Shown here: positions 50,726 through 62,883 of the stretch, piece by piece
How the letters are laid out: every line of letters begins with the position of its first letter
Position numbering within the stretch: the first letter of the stretch is position 1
Source of the DNA: the human T2T-CHM13v2.0 reference genome, Homo sapiens
Assembly: GCA_009914755.4 (NCBI GenBank)
Contig: CP068257.2
Location: 31,232,001 to 31,296,000, forward strand
Direction of reading: 5' to 3'
Length of the DNA stretch: 64,000 bases
The notes under the pieces: model-generated
Seen by the model: only the letters and a program-made list of their open reading frames with translations
Database searches by the model: none
Told to the model about the DNA's origin: nothing
Program-made: the position numbers and the translations under genes

Positions 50726-51944
50726 AGCACTTTGTAAAGCCAAGGTAACAACTAGGCGACTATTTCCTGTAGGGAGATTGTTTTGATAAAATATTGCAGA
50801 ATGGTCATGAGAAATATACACAACGGGGAAAGTTAAACCCCATCAAGATTTATGCTTTGAGCCCCCCATCTGTATCAATGCAGAGTAATGGTAGAGTTTT
50901 TAAAAATGACCATGCTGAAAAAAAAGATAACATCTCTGTGGGCTAGAAACTCAAAACGGAAATCAGCTACTGAAGCTAGCAGCCTACTGGGTTGTGAATC
51001 TGCAAGCAGTCAAAGGAAGCAGAGAGTTCATTTTCTGCAGTGATTGGAAGGCAGAAGAACAGAGCCAGGGTGGAATGTGGCTCCCTCTTATAAGAGAATA
51101 TAAAATGCTTACATCAACCCCTGCATAACTGAAAATACAAGATGAGAGAAGGCAAATACAGCCTTGTATCCAGCATCTGGCCATTTTACTAAGTGGCTCA
51201 GTGACTAGAACTAAAATATCCCCAGTTATCTCTGTAAGATGAGCACTCTGAAAGCCCACTGTAAGATGTGATTCTGAACCAGAGACTCTAAGAGGGCACA
51301 TAGACACAAGAAACCACTAGAAAAGGAATGGTGAGTACAGGGCCACTGCAACAAAATGAAATAAAACAAAAATAAACTAATTAAAAAAAATTAAAAGTCA
51401 AGAGATGAAATCACTTAAGAGAAAATGAAATCAATGATGTAATCTGAAAATGATTTAAAAAGTCACTATGCTGAATATCTTCTAAGAGTTAAAGGAAAGA
51501 TGAACAGGATGTTTTTTTAAAAAAAGGACAAGAAATTAAGAACTTGAACCAGGCAGAAATGAAAAAAAGACAGATAGATATGAAAAAGAATCATTTAGAA
51601 ATCTTGGATTAAAAGGAGAAAGCAGCTAATTACTGAAATTTACAAAGCCCAATAGATGGGATAAACTTTAGATTGGATAGCTAAAGAGAAAATTGACAAA
51701 CTGGAAGATGATTATGGAGGAACTCATCTAGAATGTAGCACAGAGTGATAAATTATCCAAAAGGCCAACAATGAAAGAATATGTTTGACATCATTAGTCT
51801 CAGATTACATTTTTAAGAAACATACATATTGGTTGCATACATATTGGTTACAAGTCAGTCCTAAAGCAAAATGAAACAGAAATGCTGAAAATGTGGGGAT
51901 ATAAGAAGCTGCCATGTGTAAAAGCTGAACAAATGCTGTATTAG

Positions 51945-52425
51945 TCAGGGTTCTCCAGATAAACAGAACTAATACAATGTATACAGAGATAGACAGAGAT
52001 TTCGTATAAGGAATTGGTTCACATGATTATGGAAGCCAAGTTCAAAAATCCGCAGGGTGAGTTGGCAAGCTGGAGACCCAGTGGAGCCCCAGCAGCCTCC
52101 AGACCCAGGAAGAGCTGATGTTTCAGTTTGCATCTGAAGAGAGGAAAAAGTTGATGTCCTAGTTTGCAGGCAGTCAGGCAGGAGGAATTGTCTCTTACTT
52201 GGGGGAGGGTTGGCTTTTTTGTTCTATTCAGGCCTCCAGTTGATTAGATGAAGCCAACCCACATGAGAAAGGATAATCTGCTCTGCTGGGTCTCCTGATT
52301 TAAAAATGAATACCATTCAAAAACACCCGCACATAAAAAACCATAATAATGTTAATCAAATATCTGGGCATCCTGTGGCCCAGTCAAGTTGACACACAAA
52401 GTTAACCATCACAATTGGCCTTGGG
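51945..52425 (-). mobile_element. MLT1-like ERVL-MaLR solo LTR, antisense
   Basis: gctgtattagtcagggttctccagataaacagaactaatacaatgtatacagagatagacagagatttcgtataaggaattggttcacatgattatggaagccaagttcaaaaatccgcagggtgagttggcaagctggagacccag ... cagtcaagttgacacacaaagttaaccatcacaat. Confidence 0.65.
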
Positions 52426-53260
52426 GAACTTAACAGGCACAGCACCCTGGTCAGCCAGGGAAATAGAGGGAGGAAGTGCTTGCTCCTTCTTGGCAAGAAA
52501 AGAGAATAGATCCTAAGCATGGAGGTCTCTAGGTGCAGATGGCTGGAGTTCTGGGTGCTGTGTTAGAAAACACTTGTGCTTTGAAGCCAGAGATGCCTGA
52601 GTGAGACTCTCTCCTATCAGCCGTTTGTCTTTGGATGTGTTACTTAATTCCTGAGTTTCAGTTTCCTCATCTTTTAAAAGAGACTAATAATAGTACCTAT
52701 CTCAAAGGGATATTGAGAGGATTTTAAAAGATGATATATAAAATCCTTAGCAAACATCTGACATATGTTAGATCTCTGATGGTCAGCACTGGAATGTGGA
52801 CAGCTGAGCCACCACTGGTGACACCATGACTGGGGAGGACTGTGAAGAGGAATGAGCCAGGACATAAGAGCCAACAGACAGCAGGTCTAAGTCCTGCTCT
52901 GCCTCCTACTAGCTGTGAAGCTTCCATTCCTCTTTCACAGGGTGTTTGCCTCTCATCTACAAACTGAGGGTGGTACACCTACCTCCAGACCCGTGTTTCT
53001 GAACTGAGGGACACTCCCCCTGCTGGATGTCCAGTGACATTCGGCTATGTCTGGAGACATTTTTGGTTATCACAGCTGGGTTGGGGGTGTGAATGGCACC
53101 TAGTAGGTAGAGGCTAGGGATGCAGCTCAGCATCCCACATTACCCAAGACAGTCCCTTACAACAAAGAATTATTCAGGCCAATGTGTCAGTTGTGCTGAA
53201 ATTGAGAAACCCTGGGGTGAAAAACTTAAATGAGATCATGTTTATAAAAGGCTCGGCTTA

Positions 53261-53485
<225 letters not shown>

Positions 53486-54282
53486 TGGAGGGGGGAAAGA
53501 AAGAGGGATTAGATAGACAGTAGGTAGGTTCCTGCTCTTCTTCCCCATGCTTTCTTCCTGCCATGGCTGGGGACTAGCGAGGAGAAGGAAGTGTGACTGT
53601 CCCACTGCAGCATTCCCCCTGCTCAGAGCCCAGGAGGAAGGGAACTCACTTGCAGCTTTGCATAAAGAGAGTCTGCCAGCTGCAAGCCAAGTTCTGGAAC
53701 ACAGCTTCCGGGCAGCGGCCTCTGGAATGCTTTCTGGCTCTCTCTGCAGACTCAGCCTCCTGCAGCTCCTTGGCTAACCTGGCAGGAACCTCAGCCCAGG
53801 CCAAGGAGGCTGCAGCCAACCCGAGCCCCCTGATGGGCTTCCACCCCGACCTCCACAGCTGCTGGTGAGATTTGGCTCAGCCCTTAGTCATGACCCTTCC
53901 ATAGACTGACTTCTTTAAAATTCACGAAGCCTTTTCTTTACAATTATGATTATGCCTGTCCTGTGTGCAGGCACCGAAGGAGGAGGAGATACTAGGAATG
54001 AAAGGTTAAGGGACAGAAAAGGAACATCCAGTCCTCCTGTAAAAGCTATCTCTCTGTGTTGTCCTTGGACTTGAGTCTTCCTGTGGCCTGTGACTAATGC
54101 TCACATCCCTGAAATTTCCCAGGACAGAAAAGACCCAATCACACAACCCCAGAAGAAAAACACCAACAAAACCAATTTTCTCTACAAACGTGCATGTGAT
54201 AGCTCCGACCAGTTCTCTAAGCCATTCCCATCAGCCCAGGGTTCACAATCCAGCCCTCGGCTGGATTTCAAAGGTGGGAACA

Positions 54283-54585
54283 GGCTGGGTTCATGTCTGT
54301 AATCCCAACACTTTGGGAAGCCAAGGTGGAAGGATCACTTGAGGCCAGGAGTTCCAGACCAGCTTGGGCAACATAGCGAGACCCTGTTTCTAAAACAAAA
54401 ACAAACCCAAAAAACAAAAAACAAAAATTAGGCAAGCTTGGTGTTACACGTCTATAGTCTCAACTACTTGCTTGAGGATGGGAGGATCACTGGAGCCCAG
54501 GAGTTGAAGGCTGCTGTGAGCTATGATGGTGCCACTCCAGCCTAGAGCCTAGGTGACAGAGAAAGACCCTGTCAAAAAAAAAAAG
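54283..54585 (+). mobile_element. Alu SINE (AluJ-like, diverged)
   Basis: ggctgggttcatgtctgtaatcccaacactttgggaagccaaggtggaaggatcacttgaggccaggagttccagaccagcttgggcaacatagcgagaccctgtttc ... ggtgccactccagcctagagcctaggtgacagagaaagaccctgtc(A)n. Confidence 0.85.
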
Positions 54586-55331
54586 GGGGGGGGGTGGGGG
54601 GAGCAGACAGACCACACTCAATTCATCAAAAGGAGAATTGCTACTTTTCATTTGTTTAGCTACAGTAGAAAAAGTCTAATCACATAACTTTCCCTGGGGC
54701 TGCGGAAGATTTCTCCTTTGAGGCAGTTCCTCACAGTAACACTGTAATCGAAACAAAGCCTGCTCTTCTCATGCGGAGCATATTTTCTCCTGGAGAACCA
54801 CAACTGGGTTTGCAAGGGTAGAGCCAGGCTCCTTCCCATAACATGCTTGCCTTGCCTGCCTGGGGTTGAACTTTTTTTTTTTTTCCACAAGAGAGCCATA
54901 AACACATAGATACCAAAGAGTTAATTTGCGTTTTTTAAACCTTCTTCCCAAAGCCTGCTCTCATTCCTGCATAAAATCCCCATGTCCAGACATCAAATCA
55001 GTAAGCCCTGTTGCCTGTCAGAGAATACAATGTCAGGCCATTAGTATGTTAATAAGTCCGGAGGGCGACAGGTGGCCTACTAGACAGCTCAATTAAGCTG
55101 CTCATTAAACACACGCTAACGAACAGCCGAGGCAGGGCCTGAACAGCACCATTCTGTAATGACATGATGTCAGAGTGAACAAATGAGGAAAAATAACAAA
55201 AACATTACAGCAGGGACAGACGCCACTAATAAGGACCCCTCGCACTACATCAGCCCGCAAATCAATGAGTCACCGGGATCAAAAAACTCGACCCAACATT
55301 CTCAGGAGACTGAGTGCAGCAAGATTTTTTT

Positions 55332-55355
55332 GGTCACTACTAAAAAAAAAAAAAA
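55332..55355. repeat. Poly(A) run, about 24 nt, inside a CpG-retaining unique block
   Basis: ggtcactactaaaaaaaaaaaaaaaaaaaaaagcccaaaccc. Confidence 0.9.
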
Positions 55356-56130
55356 AAAAAAAAGCCCAAACCCAACCCTAAAATTATTGCAAAATATCGC
55401 AAATTAACTGCTTTAAAAAAATGAAAAAGAGCAAAGTTTATTTGACACGGAACTAATCACGAAGTCTGAGAAATCTGTATTGCTGGGTTTAAATGAAAAT
55501 CATTATTTAATGGGATCATCATTTACATTTGATTGGCATCCTCTTTTTATAAGCCCACAGGTTTGAACCATTTCTCTGCTCTGGTACCCAGGCAGTAGAA
55601 GGGCACAGTGGAACGGAAGGAGCGTGTAGCCAAATTTCTTAGGTGAAGATTCTGCTTGTCATTATTTTAAGAGAAGGGACTTCCAGCAGCTGCTAGAGGT
55701 TTCTCTCATTTTCAAGTAAGGCGCTTCCTGAATAATAAAAAATCAAACCTCCGCCAGGCATGGCTCTGACATTGGAGACATATATTGCTAAACTAATAGG
55801 CTGGCTGGCCATTAGGAGATCACGACCTCGGCTCTTATCTTTTGTCAAGTTAACAGCTGACACCTCCTCTGCATGTAGACCTTCTTCTAGGCCTAAGGTA
55901 GATGCTGCTCCTCTAGCTAAGCTGGTGAGCTGAAGGCAGGCAGGAAACCAGTGCAGTTGGGCTTAAGGAGCTGATGCAGAGTCCCTCGGAAGCATGGTTC
56001 TTTCCATATTGGTTGAACTTTCTCTGCACAAATCTATGGTCCAAATCTATGAGTGAGGCAGATAAGGCTCTCACCTGAGTGACCCTGAGCAGGTCCCCTT
56101 AATCCCTGGCTCTGTTTCCTTATTCATATT

Positions 56131-56427
56131 TATTTTATTTTTAGAGACAGAGTCTCTCTCTGTTGCCCAGGCAGGAGTGCTGTGGCGTGATCATGGCTCA
56201 CTGTAACTTCAAACTCCTGGGCTCATGTGATCCTTTGGCCTCAGCCACTGGTGTAGCTGGGACCACAGGCATGTGCTGCCATGGCTGGTTAATTTTCAGA
56301 ATTTTTTTTGTAGAGATGGGGTCTCGCTATGTTGCCCAGGCTGGTCTTGAACTTTTGGGCTCATGTGATCCTCCTGCCTCTGCCTCCCACAGTGTTGGGA
56401 TTACAGGCGTGAGCCACTGCACTCAGC
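56131..56427 (-). mobile_element. Alu SINE (reverse complement, AluJ-like)
   Basis: ttttagagacagagtctctctctgttgcccaggcaggagtgctgtggcgtgatcatggctcactgtaacttcaaactcctgggctcatgtgatcc ... gtgttgggattacaggcgtgagccactgcactcagc. Confidence 0.9.
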
Positions 56428-57387
56428 TCTTTATTTATAAAATGTGATTGGACTGGGATTTCGCCTTGCCTTTTCCATTCTAGAAAGGACTTCAGCACAA
56501 AATAAGAGTAAAATCCTCATGGAATTTGCCATCTGGTTGAAAAGAAAAACTAGTGGCTGAAAATAGTCACGAAGAATTCAAGAACACAGTATAGTGTGTT
56601 ACCTAGAATTATAAGAAGAATTTAAAAAAGGGAGACATTGGGGATTTGTAAGGGCTCCAGGCCAATTCCCTGAAATCAGCTGGGCCTGAGTGGGTGGAGC
56701 AGACGCAGGGAGAGGGCGGAGCTTCTGCCGACCTTGCAGAGTGAGTAGGATGGAAGGGCAGGAGGAGGTCCAAGCGACAAAGGCAGGCATGAGCATGGGG
56801 CCTGCATGCGTCTGGGTGTATGTGGACAGTGGGATGGGAGCTACCTGTGATCAGACCTGCTACATGGAGGCAAGCTGGGGGGTGCAAAGCCAGAGGAGAC
56901 AGATGTGCAGGGGCAGAGGCAAGAGACATTTGGTGAGTGCAGAGGCCACAGCAATCTGGCTTTTTATCTCAGTGACTCTAAGGTCTGTCTTCAGGCTGAT
57001 GGATGTGACAGCATGCCATCACTCGACAGATATTTACTGAGGTTCCCTCTTTGCTTGAGGAACTGTGGGGAATACAAAAATCAGAATATTCTGGACCTGC
57101 CCTCAGGGAGTTTATAATCGAGTCATTCCTTCAACTAATATTTCTTCAAGGACTTCTCTTTGCCAGGCTCTGCTAAGAATAATGGCAAATAATGGTTTCT
57201 TGGTCCCAGCCCTCGTGAGTTTATGGTCAAAGAGAAGAGACAGGCATATTATTTGACTAACTCCATTTCAAGTCAGACTGTGATGAATGTTGTGGCCAAG
57301 GTGGGAACAGAGACTTGTAGGAACACAGATAAGGGTGTGCTTAAGTCTGTCTGTGAGAATCACAGAAACTTCCAGGCACCTTCAAGG

Positions 57388-57600
57388 GCTCTAGAGCAGC
57401 ACTGTCCAGTAGAACTTGCTGGAATGACAGGAATGTTCTTTACCTGCATTGTCCAGTGTGGTAGCCACATATGGCTGTTGAGCACTTGAGATGTGGCTAG
57501 AGTGACTGAGAAGCTGAATTCCTCATTTTAATCCATTGGAATTTAAATAGTCACATGTGATTAGTGGCCACCATATTGGATAGTGCAGCTGTAAAATGGT
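57388..57600. mobile_element. Short non-autonomous DNA-transposon-like element (MER-type MITE) with imperfect terminal inverted repeats and a palindromic core
   Basis: Ends cagcactgtccagtagaac ... ttggatagtgcagctg are imperfect inverted repeats. The core gtggtagccacatatggctgttgagcacttgagatgtggctagagt is the hallmark palindromic gccacat(a/g)tggct motif of a known human MER family. I cannot name the exact family. Confidence 0.45.
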
Positions 57601-58499
57601 TAATAAAATGGTAGTGCGGATGACATGACTGGTGGTGCGATTTATTGGAATGACATGTCTTCTTCCTTACAAAGGGCACTTTCCTTCTGTGCAAGGGTAG
57701 CAACATCCTAGAAGCCAGAGAAATAGCTGTTCCTTCAGTAATGCTATATCCCTTTGACCAACATCTCACTATCTTCATAGGCCACACACAGTGGGTGTAT
57801 TGATTGATGCTGGCATAGACACACTGATAGGTAAAAAATGAAAAAGAATTTTAGATATAGAACGTCTTTTCTCCTCTTCTCTTCTAGTCTGAGTTCAAAT
57901 CTCTCCTCTTCTGGCAATGTTTGGTCTTCCCTGGACCATCTTGGAGAGCTGAGAACCCTAAAAGCAGCACCAGCCTGCCCACCAGGGGGCAGCGCACGCA
58001 CCATGAGGTTGTTCACTGGGCTTATCAAGATCTATCTGGCTAGGGTTGTTTTCCAAGGATTGGGAAGAATCGCTTCGGTCCTTCTTTGGAATTTGCTCTG
58101 AAGTCTTCTTCCCTTCATTGCTCCTGTTAGATTCTCCACAACAAGTGAAGAAATGAGGAAATAGATTTCTCTTCCCACATTAAAGCAAAGTTAATAAAAT
58201 GGTCATGGGCACTGGAGAAGTCTTTGGCTTTGGTTTTGTTTATGCGATCATTTTTATGATAAAGATAGGAAAGGAAGAGTCCCAAAGCCAAGGCCATTGA
58301 GAGGAGATGAGTGGGGATTTCCACTCAAGGATGGCGAGTTGAATGCAGGGGTTAGCCTCCAGTCCCTCCTGAAACCCCACTAAAGCAACAACAGGGGAGG
58401 TATTTTGGAAGACATATAAACCTACGGAATGAAGAGAACAGAAGCAATGATAATAGCAATAAAATCTGAAAGTTTGGAAAGCAAATGTAAGTTTGGTAA

Positions 58500-59088
58500 C
58501 TGTGATGGTGAATATTAGGTGTCAACTTGATGGGATTGAGGGTGGCTGGTAAGGTATTGTTTCTGGATGTGTCTGTGAGGGTATTGCCAGAGGAAATTGA
58601 CATTGAAGTTGGTGGGCTGGGAGAGGAAAACCCACCCTTTATGTGGGTGGGCACCATCCAATCAGCTGCCAGCAAGGCTAGAGCAGAGCAGACGCAGAAG
58701 GAGAAGGTGCAATGAGCTGGCTTGCTGAAGCTTCTGGCCCTCCTTCTTCTTCCCATGCCAGACACTTGCTTCTGCTCCTCCTGCCCTTGGATATCAGACT
58801 CCAGGTTCTTTGGCCTTTGGACTCTGGGACTTGCATCAACAGTTTCCCTGAGGGTTCTCAGGCCTTTGGCTTAAAGGTTGCAATGTTGGCTTCCCTGGCT
58901 TTGAGGTTTTCGGACTTGAAGTGAGCCACTACCAGCTTCTCACTTTCCCCAGCTTGCAGATGGCCTATTGTGGGACTTTGCCTTGTAATCATGTGAGCCA
59001 ATTCTCCCTAATAAACTCCCTTTTATATATACATGCATCCTATTGGTTCTGACCTCTGGAGAACCTGGACTAATACAGTAACTGATGC
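58500..59088 (+). mobile_element. MLT1-like ERVL-MaLR solo LTR, sense, near full length
   Basis: tgtgatggtgaatattaggtgtcaacttgatgggattgagggtggctggtaaggtattgtttctggatgtgtctgtgagggtattgccagaggaaattgacattgaagttggtgggctgggagaggaaaacccaccctttatgtgggtgggcaccatccaatcagctgcc ... gtgagccaattctccctaataaactcccttttatatatacatgcatcctattggttctgacctctggagaacctggactaatacag. The track ORF at 58352-58765 is LTR-derived. Confidence 0.7.
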
Positions 59089-59759
59089 AACAGGGCTGAG
59101 AAAGCGGAACCATAAGCAGCCAGTGGGGCAAGCTAAAGTCAACCCAGTTGCTCATAAACTGGTGACACCAGAGACCTATGGAAGTGGGAATCAAGGTGGA
59201 TCTACAAGCAGAAGGACAGATTAAACATCCTTCAGGTCCTTTTAAGAAGTAGTTAGATCTCCAGCCTTCCTCGCTTATTCTTCGATGTCAGGCGAGAGAA
59301 ATGTTCGCATTCCAAACGTTGAGATCACTGGTCATTTTCCTGATCATGTTTCCAGAATAATGGTAATAAGGACTATAGCTTCCACGGGAGAGCCGTGAAG
59401 CCTTCACTGCAGCTCTTCCAATAGTATGAGAGGAAAGAGTCATACATACTGCCATCCAAGATTCCCCAGGGAAACGGCCCAAGCAGGTCACTGTGCTGAA
59501 GCCCAGACAAGCCCCATGTAAACGCACAGAGCTTACCATCAGCTGTTAGTGACCCATTATTCAATACGGGGAGATAGTTAAAGACCATTTGGTATTTGAG
59601 AACAGCCTCTAAGGCAGAACCAGAGAAAGGTGGAAAGTAACTCAGAGCTAACATAAGTTATAGAAGCTATGAAGGGAGAAGAAATGTTTAAAAATTATTA
59701 ATCATTACTATTCTAAGAATAAGCTATTGCATCCATGGAATAAGAATAAGATACTAATT

Positions 59760-60900
59760 TTATTTTTAATTGACAAATGATAATTGTATTTATTTTATGA
59801 GCTACAAGGTGATGTTTCAGTACATGTATACATTGTGAAGTGATCAGTTCAAGCTAATTAACATATTCATCACCTCAAATAGTTATCATTTCTTTGTGGT
59901 GAGAACATTTAAAATCTACTCTGTTTCCTATTCTTAAATATAATGTATATTAACTATAGTCACCATGCTATGCAACAGATAACCAGAACCTATTTCTCCT
60001 GTCTTTGTACCCTTTGACCAGTATCTCCCCTTTCTCCATTCTCCTTTTCTCCCCTGCCCCAGCATCTGACAATCGCCATTCTTCTCCCTGTTTTCATGAA
60101 TTTGACTTTTTAAGATTCAACATATAAATAAGATCATGTGGTGTTTCTGCTCCAAACCAGTTCTCTCGAACTTAGCCAAATGTCCTCCAGGTTCATCTAT
60201 GTTGTAGTAAATGACAGATGTCCCCTTCTTTTTTTTAAGGCTGAGTAGTATTGCATTTGTGTGTGCGTGTGTGTGTATAAAATATTTTTTATATCAGGCA
60301 CTTTGGTTGTTTCCATATCTTGGCTATTGTGAAGAATGCTGCAGTGAACATGGAAGTGCAGACATCTCTTTAACATACTGACTTCAGTTCCTTTGGATAT
60401 ATACCCAGAAGTGGGGTTGCTGGATCATATGATAATTCTATTTTTAGTTTTTTCAGGAACCTCCATACTGTTTTCCATAATAACTGTACTAATTTACATT
60501 CCTGCCAGCAATATACAAGGGTTCCTTTTCTCCATATCCTCGCCAATACTTATCTTTCAACTTTTTGCTAATAGCCAGTTGAACATGTATAAGGTAATAT
60601 CTCATTGTGGTTTTAATTTTCATTTCTCTAATGATTAGAGATGTTGAGCATTTTTCATATATCTTTTGCTCATTGTATGTCTTCTTTCGAGAAATGTCTA
60701 TTTGTCTTTGGCCATTTTTTAAAGGGGTTATTTGTTTTCTTGTTTTTCAGTAGTTCGAGTTCTTTGTATATTTTGGATGTTAGCTCCTTATGCAATGTGT
60801 AATTTGAAGATATTTTCTCCCGATCTGTAGGTTGCCTCTTCACTCCACTAATTGTTTCCTTTGCTTTGCAGAAGTTTTTTTAGTTTGATGCAATCCATTT
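59760..60900 (-). mobile_element. LINE-1 (older L1M/L1P-type) 3' 1.1 kb, antisense (ORF2 C-terminal region plus 3' UTR, poly(T) end near 59760)
   Basis: ccagaacctatttctcctgtctttgtaccctttgaccagtatctcccctttctccattctcc ... tgaatttgactttttaagattcaacatataaataagatcatgtggtgtttc ... ggatatatacccagaagtggggttgctggatcatatgataattctatttttagttttttcaggaacctccatactgttttccataataactgtactaatttacattcctgccagcaatatacaagggttcc ... ctcattgtggttttaattttcatttctctaatgattagagatgttgagcattttt. Confidence 0.85.
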
Positions 60901-60939
60901 GTCTATTTTTGCTTTTGTTGCTTGTGTAAGATACTAATT

Positions 60940-61980
60940 TTAAACAAACATTCAGAGAACAAACAAAAGTGCTTGGAAACAGGAGAAGTAAAAAAGTTAA
61001 GAAAATCTCTCAGGATATAGAGTAAAAACACGGAAAATAGGAGAGAAGAAATAATGAATTTATAGAACCACACCAGAATGTCAAACATCCAAATATGGAA
61101 AGTAGATTTAGAGACAATGGAAGGCAATTTTCCAAAGAAGCAATTCATGAAAACTTCCCAGGTATCAAGTTCCTGAATCAAGTTCCCAAGGTATCAAGTT
61201 TCACAATTGTACCTAGCACTATGGATGGATGAAAATTTATTCACTGAGACAAATCATTGTGAAATTTCATCATGATGAGAATAAAGAGAAGATCCTACAT
61301 GTTTCCAGAGAGAAAAAAGATAACATGCTTTATACAAAGGATCAACAATCAGAATGTCATTGGACTTCTCCAAAGCAATATGGTGGAAGACAACAGAGAA
61401 ATATTTCACTATTTGAAGAAAAAATATTTCTAAAGGCAGAATTTTATACCCAGCAAAACTATTAATCAAATGTAAGGGTATAAAAAATAGGTTTTCAGAC
61501 ATTCCAGGCCTTATACTAAAGCTATTGGAAGTTTTTTTTTTTTAAATAAAAAAGGAGTAAAATTTTAAAAGAGGAAGATGTATGGTCCAGGAAACAGAGA
61601 CTCCATCATAGAAGGGAGGTGAAGGAAATCTGCACTAATATAATAACTGCATAGTAGACTTATAGGACAACAATCCAGAAGGTTCCAGAAGAGACTGCTT
61701 CAAAAAGATGGAATTATTGTGCTTGAACAAATTGAGAGGAGGGCACAGTTTGGGGACAAATGATTAAAACAAACAAAAAAATTGTCTTTGTTTATAAAAA
61801 ACAAAATATCTACCTATATGGATTAGAGAAAGTAAGTCAGGTAAAAAAGGGAATTTTTAACCTCAGGAAAAGCATAAGTTGTTCAGAAATGGAAAAATAA
61901 ATGTAGTATTTATGGTTCAGTGATTCACAGTATTTAAAGAATTATAACAATGTAAACATTGTTAAAAAGTAAATTGAAGC
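60940..61980 (+). mobile_element. LINE-1 (L1M-type) ORF1 C-terminal / inter-ORF / ORF2-start fragment, sense, in opposite orientation to the adjacent L1 piece
   Basis: gaaaacttcccaggtatcaag ... gacaaatcattgtgaaatttcatcatgatgagaataaagagaagatcctacatgtttccagagagaaaaaagataacatgctttatacaaaggatcaacaatcagaatgtcattggacttctccaaagcaatatggtggaagacaacagagaaatatttcactatttgaagaaaaaatatttctaaaggcagaattttatacccagcaaaactattaatcaaatgtaagggtataaaaaatag. Confidence 0.7.
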
Positions 61981-62283
61981 TGGTTGCTCCAGCTTACCCC
62001 TGTAATTTCAGTACTTTGGGAAGCCAAGGTGGAAGGATCACTTGAGGCCAGGAATTTGAGACCAGCCTGGGCAACATAGCGAGACCCTGACTATACAAAA
62101 ACCTTTTTTTAATTAGCCAGGAGTTGCGGTGCACACCTGTAGTCCAGCTACTTGGGAGGCTGAGGCAGGAGGATCCTTTGAGCCCAGGACATTAAGAATT
62201 CAGTGAGCTATAATCGTGCCACTGTACTCTAGTCTGGGTGACAGAGCAAGATCCTGTCTCTAAAAGAAAAATAAAATAAATTG
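61979..62283 (+). mobile_element. Alu SINE (AluJ-like)
   Basis: cccctgtaatttcagtactttgggaagccaaggtggaaggatcacttgaggccaggaatttgagaccagcctgggcaacatagcgagaccctgactatac ... gtgccactgtactctagtctgggtgacagagcaagatcctgtctc. Confidence 0.85.
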
Positions 62284-62467
62284 AAGCACAACTTTAAAGA
62301 ATATATTTGAGCAAACAATGATTCATTAATCAGACAGCTCCAAACGAGGAGTATTCAAGAGCTCCACCAACAGACCACAAAGCAGGAGACTTTTATAGGA
62401 CAGATACAGAAGTAAAGCAAAGAAAAATTTGATTGGATATAGTTATCCAGTTGCCTTATTTGGTCTA

Positions 62468-62883
62468 TGTCCGTTAGTCCATTCTTGCATTGCTATAAAG
62501 AAATACTTGAAGCTGGGTAATTTATAAAGAAAAGAGGTTTAATTGGCTCATGGTTCTGCAGGCTGCACAGGAAGTGTTGTACTGACATCTGCTTCTGGTG
62601 AGGCCTCAGGAAGCTTCCACTGGTGGCGGAAGGTGAAGAGGAAGCCAGTAAGTCATATGACAAGAGCAGGCATGGCGGCGGGGGAGGAGGGCAGGTGCAC
62701 ACACTTTTCAACAACCAGAGTTCACGTGAACTTATAGTGAGAACTCACTCATCACCAAGGGGATGGCTATTCATGAAGGATTCGCCCTCATGATCCAATA
62801 CCTCCCACCAAGCCCCACCTCCAGCACTGGGAATTACATTTCAACATGAGATTTCGGTGGGGACAAACATCCAAACCATATCA
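62468..62883 (-). mobile_element. MST-type ERVL-MaLR solo LTR, antisense
   Basis: tgtccgttagtccattcttgcattgctataaagaaatacttgaagctgggtaatttataaagaaaagaggtttaattggctcatggttctgcaggctgcacaggaagtgttgtactgacatctgcttctggtgaggcctcaggaagc ... gagatttcggtggggacaaacatccaaaccatatca. Confidence 0.85.

Noticed and set aside
55040-55355. Considered a small-RNA pseudogene (7SK, U6, Y RNA, vault RNA, 7SL) because of the terminal A24
   Set aside because: The sequence does not match any of those RNAs as I recall them. It is kept only as a generic young-retrocopy hypothesis in the 54950-55950 finding.
59760-61980. Classical twin-priming L1 inversion
   Set aside because: The inverted (plus-strand) segment derives from ORF1 / ORF2-start. 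The direct segment is the last 1.1 kb. These are not adjacent in L1 coordinates, as twin priming would predict. Retained only as a low-interest possibility.
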